Below, in pieces: positions 58,765 through 64,000 of a stretch of DNA of 64,000 bases. Position 1 is the stretch's first letter. Every line of letters begins with the position of its first letter. The translations under genes were made by a program, and so were the position numbers. Origin of the DNA: Candidatus Liptonbacteria bacterium (GTDB lineage Bacteria; Patescibacteriota; Minisyncoccia; UBA6257; 2-01-FULL-56-20); assembly GCA_016204385.1 (NCBI GenBank), contig JACQKW010000015.1:98155-162154 (forward strand), given 5' to 3'. The notes beneath the pieces are model-generated. The model worked only from the letters and a program-made list of their open reading frames with translations, was not told the origin of the DNA and searched no databases.

Positions 58765-59117
58765 AAGAAACTGCCCGAGGATTGCCTCCGTAAAAGCGTG
58801 TAGATGCCGTCACGCGAATACGTGAGCGTGTATTGGTTTTCATTGTCCGCCTCGAACTGTGCGGATCCCTTGAGGCGCGCCTGATCGAAAAATACCGTCG
58901 CCTCCTCGCGCGCGAGGTCGTCGCGTAAATACGCAACACCGCTTTTCACGTCGTCTTCCGTCTCGTACTGCACGCGATAGCCGTGAATGGTGGTTTTTTC
59001 AAGCATTTTGTCTTTTATATGATAATAGCACGGTATTGTCCTTTTGATGCCAGCGAATGGGTACAGAAAAAGCGCTCCGACGTGTGGTCGGAGCGCGTGG
59101 TCTTCACCTTGCGTCAT
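58761..59117 (-). CDS. Hypothetical protein (118 aa)
   Basis: Start chosen at MTQGEDH, which is preceded by a GAAGGGG Shine-Dalgarno 4 nt upstream. The track's longer 159-aa ORF overlaps the upstream small gene. It converges on smpB. Confidence 0.35.
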   Translation of the reverse strand: MTQGEDHALRPHVGALFLYPFAGIKRTIPCYYHIKDKMLEKTTIHGYRVQYETEDDVKSGVAYLRDDLAREEATVFFDQARLKGSAQFEADNENQYTLTYSRDGIYTLLRRQSSGSFF

Positions 59118-59274
59118 CCCCTTCGATTTCGATGCCGCAGTGGGCGCAGTAGTCCGGGTCTTGGGCGTCGCGAACATGCGAGCCGGTGGGAGAATTGGGG
59201 CACGTTCCATCCACGTTTGGCATGCTGAACACATCGACAAATCGGCGCTCTTTCGGATGAGGTTCCATGCTCAT
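59104..59274 (-). CDS. Small Cys-containing protein (56 aa, C-x18-C-x2-C)
   Basis: MSMEPHPKERRFVDVFSMPNVDGTCPNSPTGSHVRDAQDPDYCAHCGIEIEGDDAR. A strong AAGGAGG Shine-Dalgarno sits 6 nt upstream of the ATG at 59274. Confidence 0.4.
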   Translation of the reverse strand: MSMEPHPKERRFVDVFSMPNVDGTCPNSPTGSHVRDAQDPDYCAHCGIEIEGDDAR

Positions 59275-59322
59275 ACCAGTCCTCCTTTCCAGAGAATACT
59301 GCGTTATAGAGTTCTCAAGGTG

Positions 59323-59452
59323 CAAAACGAAAAGAGCCGCCGAGAGGGGCGGCCCTTGCGTTACTTGTGTGCTTTAACTACCGCAGCCCTTCTCGTGCGC
59401 TCAAAGCTCGGTAGCTAAAGAAATTGATGTGGAGACGGTTATTCATCTCGAT
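59323..59452 (-). ncRNA. Candidate small RNA (about 130 nt) bounded by a consensus promoter and an intrinsic terminator. It contains a possible 22-codon micro-ORF.
   Basis: Promoter TTGACG, 16 nt spacer, TATAAT at 59459-59486 on the minus strand. Terminator GCCGCC-CCTCTC-GGCGGC plus TCTTTTCGTTTT at 59354-59323. The internal stem is CTACCG...CGGTAG. The micro-ORF is ATG 59446..59381 (MNNRLHINFFSYRALSAREGLR). Confidence 0.3.
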
Positions 59453-59458
59453 ACCTTG

Positions 59459-59486
59459 ATTATACTCCGCGAGAAGGTGCCGTCAA
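59459..59486 (-). promoter_or_regulatory. Near-consensus sigma70 promoter for the candidate sRNA
   Basis: On the minus strand: TTGACGgcaccttctcgcggagTATAAT. Confidence 0.45.
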
Positions 59487-59501
59487 ACCGGAAATGGGGA
59501 T

Positions 59502-59530
59502 AAAAAAACGCGCTGCCGGTGGGCAGCGCG
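59502..59530 (-). terminator. Rho-independent terminator for 59558..59932
   Basis: On the minus strand: CGCGCTGCCCACCGGCAGCGCG followed by TTTTTTTAT. Confidence 0.6.
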
Positions 59531-59557
59531 GGCGTTGCGGAGCGCGTACGCGTCCGC

Positions 59558-59932
59558 CTAATGCACGGTGCAGTGGTTGGCGTCTTCCTCGTTGAGCTTT
59601 CGCCACGCACCCTCCGCAGAGCGAAGCTGTTCAAGGCGCTGCGCCCCTTGAACAATCTCCGCGGCATTCTTGACCCACACAAACGACCGGACTGCCGGGA
59701 GCACGCGTTCCTCGATTTTGGGAAGGCGGGACTCGCGCACCTGCGCAATGAGGTGATGGATTTCCTGTTCCGAGATGTGCGCGAGCAGAACACCCGTCCT
59801 CACCGTAAAGATCGCCGCCTCCTGCGACGCAAAGTACGGACTCGTCACGCCCGAGGGCGCAATGATGCGCCCGTGCATGCCGCAGTTCTCGCACCACTCA
59901 ATCCACGCCGCGGACCTCACGAGTTCGGCCAT
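59558..59932 (-). CDS. Hypothetical protein (124 aa) with an N-terminal CxxC and a C-terminal H/C tail
   Basis: WIEWCENCGMHG...NEEDANHCTVH. It has its own terminator. Confidence 0.45.
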   Translation of the reverse strand: MAELVRSAAWIEWCENCGMHGRIIAPSGVTSPYFASQEAAIFTVRTGVLLAHISEQEIHHLIAQVRESRLPKIEERVLPAVRSFVWVKNAAEIVQGAQRLEQLRSAEGAWRKLNEEDANHCTVH

Positions 59933-60015
59933 AGCACCTCCTCCACAAAAGTAGGATGTCGTAGAACTAAAAAGAGGAAAGCACGCGGCGCATCTTTTGT
60001 CAAGACGCGGCGGTC

Positions 60016-60053
60016 ATAATAAAATCACCCCGCTTAGCGGGGATGATTTTATC
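60016..60053. terminator. Bidirectional intrinsic terminator after 60066..60287
   Basis: CACCCCGC-TTA-GCGGGGATG with ATAATAAAAT upstream and ATTTTAT downstream. Confidence 0.55.
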
Positions 60054-60065
60054 GCAGAGAATTTT

Positions 60066-60287
60066 CTAACAGCACTTGCACTTTGATCCCATGAGCTTCA
60101 TGGCGCCGGCCGCAATCACAAGAATCGGCCACGCGTAGCCCGCAAATTCATCCGTGAGCGTTCCCGCCGTCCGGAGCAGAAACACGAGCCCAAAGAGTAT
60201 TATGAGGATCGGGATGATTTTGTGGTGCGTGCATCCGCAGACTTTCCCCTTCTCCATCATCCCCATTCCCATCTTATCTTCCATCAT
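60066..60287 (-). CDS. Small Met/Cys-rich single-TM membrane protein (73 aa), a possible metal-binding peptide
   Basis: MMEDKMGMGMMEKGKVCGCTHH, a hydrophobic helix, then ...KLMGSKCKCC. A candidate extended -10 promoter (TGGTATAAT) lies at about 60330-60345 on the minus strand. Confidence 0.45.
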   Translation of the reverse strand: MMEDKMGMGMMEKGKVCGCTHHKIIPILIILFGLVFLLRTAGTLTDEFAGYAWPILVIAAGAMKLMGSKCKCC

Positions 60288-60439
60288 AATAATGTAAAAT
60301 GACCACCTCGACCTTTCTGGATCGCTTCTACGCTTATTATACCACTTCTGATTTTCAGGAGTCGGAAAACCGCCTTTTCGTCGCGTAGCTCGCTCAGGGC
60401 ACTTGAAAATCTAATCCCGCCTTTTAGGCTGGAATGCTT

Positions 60440-60567
60440 TTCTAAGTGGAGATGGGGGAATTGAACGTCGTCGCTCGCTATACAGCAAGCTCCTCCCTCA
60501 CAACCCACGGTTTTGAGTAATTTCCTATACGGGAGGACTCCATCTCCTCCCGACCCCTCCTTTTGTT
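60440..60567 (-). ncRNA. Highly structured RNA element with nested helices and a 10-bp pseudoknot-forming complement. It also contains a 20-codon micro-ORF with a strong Shine-Dalgarno. It could be a riboswitch, an sRNA or a leader.
   Basis: P1 pairs GGAGATGG (60440-7) with CCATCTCC (60532-9). P2 is GCTCGC-TATACA-GCAAGC; on the minus strand this is GCTTGC/GCGAGC, all Watson-Crick or GU. P3 pairs TCCTCCC (60483-9) with GGGAGGA (60523-9). GGAATTGAAC (60449-58) is complementary to GTTCAATTCC (60558-67) across P1, which suggests a pseudoknot. The minus-strand micro-ORF is AAGGAGG...ATGGAGTCC... (MESSRIGNYSKPWVVREELAV). Confidence 0.3.
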
Positions 60568-60574
60568 CAATTCC

Positions 60575-60623
60575 ACCCTTCAGAAATAAAATATCCCACC
60601 CTTGCGGTGGGGTATTTTATTTT
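60575..60623. terminator. Bidirectional intrinsic terminator downstream of the PHP-ATPase gene. Its loop carries an 8-bp tandem duplication (CTTGCGGT x2).
   Basis: An 18-bp stem (GAAATAAAATATCCCACC / GGTGGGGTATTTTATTTT) with a GC-rich core and A/T-rich outer arms. The loop is CTTGCGGTCTTGC. Confidence 0.5.
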
Positions 60624-60788
60624 AGTGGAGCGTATCGGGGCAGACCTCGAACCGGATCCGCTTTAATCCAGGCGTTGTGGCGGTGGTTCGCGGAGAACCC
60701 CACGATCACCTTCCAGTATGGCACACGGAGCGATGGTGCCAAGGGGGCGGAAGTTGCCGCGTGACGCAAAAAAAGACCACCCTACAAT

Positions 60789-63401
60789 CTATAGGTCATA
60801 CTTCTGAATCCTTAACCTTAGAGCATCCTTACCACCTTCAAGATGCACAAGTAGTAGCTTGTTAGTCTCCAAATGATCTACTGCACCACTACTCTTGATT
60901 TCGCCCTTATCTGCGCTTGCATCAAGAACATGACTCAATTCTGCATCTGCACCCACAGCGATGTTCGGATTGTGAGTTGTGAAAATGAACTGGCGGTCCT
61001 CCTTGCTCCTTCGCAACGTCTTCACTACATGCCCGTATATGGATTGAGTGTCGAGGGGTTCCTCGGGTTGATCGATAACCAACGGCCCACGCCCTTCGAT
61101 CATAGCCAGTGAGATGATAACTGTGCCTTTCTGACCTGTAGATAGCTCACGAAGCGTCTTCTCCCGTCCTGGTTCGACAACGTAAGTGACCTCTGGTAGG
61201 TCCGGAAGCGATACACACTCGAGTTCATATAGCTCATCAAGGGGCTTACCCGAGAAGGATTCGACCAGCCGCTGTGAAACGCTCTGCGTTACCCCAGCCT
61301 GTTTCGCAAGGGAATTAATGTCGCCCTTCCTCACGAGTGCTAGAAGTTGCCGTGGTGAGAGTACCCTAGCCGCCTGTCGAATATCAGGCTCTCTTACATA
61401 GCCGCTCCGCGAAAGCGTTCGGATAGTCTCCTCAAACTCGGATCGGTCTCCGGACAAAACAACCTTTATCCGAACAAGGCCGCCCAGACCAACTTCGAAC
61501 TCCTCTGCCTTTTTGTTTCGCTTCTCCCATCTCCTTTTCCTGACCAGATCCAGCCGATCGAGCAGTCTGCCCCGCTGCGAGTCTAGAGTTCGTTCTTCCT
61601 CCCTTACCTTCGTTAGTTCTGCCCCGTGTTTCCTTAGAGTCTCGACTCGCTTTCCGAGGCTGCGGAAACGGGCATTTACCTTCCGAACATCTTTCTGACC
61701 CAGTTCTTCCAATGCGCTATCATGCTCATCCTTCTTAGCGTTGAACAGCGGCGTCAGCTCATCTGAGATCTTCTTAATGTTCTTTCGCAGCCCCTCGACC
61801 GATCCCAACAAGTCGCGCTTCGCAGAGGCGATGGCTTTGACAACAGCATCGTGGACGCCCTCCAGGCCCTTTATGATCTTCTTGTTTGGCGCATCCGCTG
61901 GTGCTGCTATTTCGACGTGTGTTAGATCAACATCGTCCAAAGCGTTTTCCATAGCTGAGCCGAGCTCGCCGAGTGCTTCATCCAGCGAGGCGACATATTC
62001 CTGTTCAGCCTCCCAGTTTGGAAATTCCTTCAGGACGGGATTCTTCAACTGTCGTTCAAGACTCTTATATTGAGTACGGGTCGCTTCCTTCCCGGTTTCT
62101 GGGTTGTCCAACTCGCTCTGAAGGTGAGATATCCGATCCTGGCATTTCACGAACTCCTTTGCATTCGTGCGAAGTTCATTCAGGATTCTGTTTTCCTCAG
62201 TCTGCTCCTCTTCAAGGGTTACTCTGCGGTCGATTAGGTCTAGCTGAGCGAGTGGATTTGAGGCAATCTGCACGAACTCCCCCTGACTGAAGAATGCCGG
62301 CGATGTCTCAAGCTGCGCCACACTGCCGGTGCCATCACGAACCTCTCTATCTGTTGCCCACGGCTGGACCTCTCTTTTAATGGTTTTCACTTCACCATCA
62401 CCATCAAGATACTCCACAACAACTGATCCGCCGTGGCCCACCAGCGAGGCAATCTTGCCTTCGTGATCCTCTCGGATATCCCTAAACTCTGACACATCAT
62501 CAAAACAGTACCGGAGCAGTTCGATTACCGTCGATTTCCCTGTCCCCTTTCCACCAACCAAGCAGTTGAGGCTCTCGTGGAAGCCAAACGACAATCCTCC
62601 AAAGAAACCCTGGTCGACTGAAAGCCGCATTATTCGAGGGTGGGTAGGTTCGCGGTAGTTCCAAGGAAATCGGACTCGCACTTCGTGATCCAGCAGAGCG
62701 TGGCGAACACCCCTAAGTGATGGCTTATCCATCTTGAGATATGTCACCCGTCGCCCGATTTCGGCAAGACTATGAGAATCCGATGAATGCGTGCAAGGCT
62801 TCGCGGGATAGGTAGGAGCGAGCTTGCCGTTGCAAAATTTGTCGATATCGGATTCCTTGGTGTGCTCGAGCGCAGCGAGTTGGGGGAGAGGCACGAGGGC
62901 AATCTTGTATTGGCCTTTCGCCTTCAACAACCCGTTGTTCTCATTGGCATGAGCGGCGATAGCGAGGCCTCCCGCCTCGTGAATTTTCTTTATGACGATT
63001 TCAGCATGATCATCTGAGATCGCCTCTTCTTTGCCTTGTGTGTCTCGTTGGATGCCGACGCTAATCAGAAGATCCGCGATCTTCGAAGTATCGTGGTTCA
63101 CCTCGAACAGTGCCAAGATGTGTCCTTCTGGAGTAGTAATCTCGACACCCGGGAGGACCGTGACAGTGCTCTTCTCGCTGGCGGAGCGCATGGATTCGAT
63201 CCACTCGACCGAGTTATGGTCCGTAATCCCGAGGATGTCGATGCCCTTCTTCGCCGCTTCCTGAATCAGCTTCTCTGGGGTGGCATCTTTGCCGGAGTGG
63301 TCTTTCGAGGCGGGTGTATGCGTGTGCAGGTCGGCTTTGTAGAACCGAGCGCCTTCAGAATCAGCCATGGTGCCTGAATAATACTCCTTCAGACAGGCCA
63401 C
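60789..63401 (-). CDS. PHP-domain phosphoesterase fused to an SMC/Rad50-like ABC ATPase with a long coiled coil. Candidate single-gene defence protein with a Ppl-like architecture.
   Basis: 870 aa. The N-terminal PHP motifs are DLHTHTPAS, GITDHN, VEIT, GHIL, AAHA and SSDSHS. Walker A is GGKGTGKST. About 400 aa of charged coiled coil follow. The C-terminal ABC signature is LSTGQK, Walker B is LVIDQPEEPLD and the H-loop is FIFTTHNPN. Confidence 0.8.
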   Translation of the reverse strand: MACLKEYYSGTMADSEGARFYKADLHTHTPASKDHSGKDATPEKLIQEAAKKGIDILGITDHNSVEWIESMRSASEKSTVTVLPGVEITTPEGHILALFEVNHDTSKIADLLISVGIQRDTQGKEEAISDDHAEIVIKKIHEAGGLAIAAHANENNGLLKAKGQYKIALVPLPQLAALEHTKESDIDKFCNGKLAPTYPAKPCTHSSDSHSLAEIGRRVTYLKMDKPSLRGVRHALLDHEVRVRFPWNYREPTHPRIMRLSVDQGFFGGLSFGFHESLNCLVGGKGTGKSTVIELLRYCFDDVSEFRDIREDHEGKIASLVGHGGSVVVEYLDGDGEVKTIKREVQPWATDREVRDGTGSVAQLETSPAFFSQGEFVQIASNPLAQLDLIDRRVTLEEEQTEENRILNELRTNAKEFVKCQDRISHLQSELDNPETGKEATRTQYKSLERQLKNPVLKEFPNWEAEQEYVASLDEALGELGSAMENALDDVDLTHVEIAAPADAPNKKIIKGLEGVHDAVVKAIASAKRDLLGSVEGLRKNIKKISDELTPLFNAKKDEHDSALEELGQKDVRKVNARFRSLGKRVETLRKHGAELTKVREEERTLDSQRGRLLDRLDLVRKRRWEKRNKKAEEFEVGLGGLVRIKVVLSGDRSEFEETIRTLSRSGYVREPDIRQAARVLSPRQLLALVRKGDINSLAKQAGVTQSVSQRLVESFSGKPLDELYELECVSLPDLPEVTYVVEPGREKTLRELSTGQKGTVIISLAMIEGRGPLVIDQPEEPLDTQSIYGHVVKTLRRSKEDRQFIFTTHNPNIAVGADAELSHVLDASADKGEIKSSGAVDHLETNKLLLVHLEGGKDALRLRIQKYDL

Positions 63402-63438
63402 GTGAAGAGCGAGTGAGCGGGAGCTATCCTCCCTCCTG

Positions 63439-63654
63439 ATGGAAAGGGACGAAGAATTGGATTTCCTACGGAAGCTCTACCCTGGGCTCACCGAGGACGA
63501 GCTCCAGGCGGCCGGCGATCGTCTGGACGAGTACCTGGACCTGGCGCTCCGGATCTACGAGCGGCTCCGCCAGGACCCGGCCGCCTACCCACTGCTCAAG
63601 GCCCTCCTTGAGGAGCGGCGGGACAAGGGGGGAGACTCCGCCGACGACGGCTAG
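63439..63654 (+). CDS. Hypothetical small acidic helical protein (71 aa) with very high GC3
   Basis: MERDEELDFLRKLYPGLTEDELQAAGDRLDEYLDLALRIYERLRQ... Nearly every codon ends in G or C (about 70% GC), unlike the rest of the window. Confidence 0.35.
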   Translation: MERDEELDFLRKLYPGLTEDELQAAGDRLDEYLDLALRIYERLRQDPAAYPLLKALLEERRDKGGDSADDG

Positions 63655-63677
63655 CGGTTCGATTCCGCTCGGGTCTC
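63632..63677 (+). other. tRNA 3'-half-like minihelix (T-arm AGCGG-TTCGATT-CCGCT plus acceptor-like strands), a possible att-site remnant
   Basis: The GTTCGATTC T-loop is a perfect consensus. GAGACTC upstream can pair with GGGTCTC downstream. There are no D or anticodon arms, so it is not a complete tRNA. Confidence 0.3.
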
Positions 63678-64000
63678 AGCCGGGCTCGGGGGAGTTAAAG
63701 CTCGGACGAAGCAAGAAAACACCGATGTTCTGGTGTTTCTTCGCCACACTTCGGTTCTCTGTCAAGGCTACACGTTGTGGAGTACCGTGCAGGACATTCG
63801 AACCCTTTTTAGCGCGGAACCGCACACCGCAGAAGAACTCATGGCTCGGATACGCCAGGTCCTGGACCCCGGCTTCGAGAAGAAGTCGAGGCCGCGGCGT
63901 AACACTGGCAGCTCTCACCTCAGGTCTTGCGGACTGCCCTCCTGGGGCTCTAGCTCCGGGCACGGCCACGCGAGGCTTCTCCTCGCATCCTGACTCCCGG

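Noticed and set aside
58049-59500. Search for tmRNA (ssrA) next to smpB
   Set aside because: No tRNA-Ala-like acceptor/T-arm with a 3' CCA is present. No tag-peptide reading frame ending in ...AA-stop is present. No pseudoknot-rich 350-nt element was found on either strand. The only RNA-like unit here is a short promoter/terminator-bounded candidate sRNA.
60284-60508. 74-aa minus-strand ORF upstream of the Met/Cys-rich peptide gene
   Set aside because: It overlaps the inferred promoter and the structured RNA. It has no Shine-Dalgarno and its composition is not protein-like.
60440-60539. Possible tRNA, because of the acceptor-like GGAGATGG/CCATCTCC pairing
   Set aside because: At 100 nt it is too long. 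There is no D-arm or anticodon arm, and no TΨC-type loop adjacent to the acceptor 3' strand. It is better explained as a nested-helix structured RNA.

Overview
This is a 64 kb window from a moderately GC-rich bacterial genome (about 55-60% GC, with local dips to about 40%). No rRNA genes or CRISPR arrays were found. It contains three distinct blocks.

1. Positions 1 to about 39,800 are almost entirely minus-strand and form one large glycan-biosynthesis island.
- A GDP-D-glycero-D-manno-heptose operon: hddC-like nucleotidyltransferase, gmhB, gmhA, hddA.
- A gmd / ColD-like 3-dehydratase / two tandem Fcl-type reductase block, which is colitose/fucose-type GDP-deoxyhexose chemistry.
- A second ColD-like enzyme.
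- Six further NAD-dependent epimerase/dehydratases.
- An acetolactate-synthase-like TPP enzyme, a class-I aminotransferase and a PanB homolog embedded in the island.
- Two SAM methyltransferases and five GT2 glycosyltransferases.
- Four paralogous CgeB-like glycosyltransferases.
- A polyprenyl-phosphate-sugar synthase, an SMR-like flippase and a YfhO-like GT-C, which together suggest a CsbB/GtcA/YfhO-type three-component glycosylation set.
- A Wzx flippase and two O-antigen-ligase-family membrane proteins.
- A GTAAAG/GTAATG-type repeated motif recurs at several gene starts in the island.

2. Positions about 39,800 to 58,800 are housekeeping genes.
- rny, gpmI, secG, an oligopeptide-type substrate-binding protein, a frameshifted pgi/pmi, tRNA-Leu(CAG), rnj, a four-helix-bundle gene, trpS, a cupin, an IMPase-family gene, a Nudix-like gene, ileS, argS and smpB.
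- ileS carries a roughly 210-aa histidine-phosphatase (RHG) domain inserted into its zinc-knuckle loop. It also contains a 7-nt tandem repeat.

3. Positions 58,800 to 64,000 are an accessory-looking region of small units, each bounded by a promoter and a terminator.
- Small Cys/Met-rich proteins.
- A candidate sRNA.
- A roughly 130-nt pseudoknotted structured RNA.
- An 870-aa PHP-phosphoesterase plus SMC/Rad50-like ABC ATPase fusion. I consider this the best candidate for a single-gene anti-phage defence system; I recall a 'Ppl'-type architecture from memory.
- A GC3-rich small ORF and a tRNA 3'-fragment-like minihelix at the right edge, which may mark an integration junction.

All calls rest on reading the translations and the DNA by eye. 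No database searches were run.
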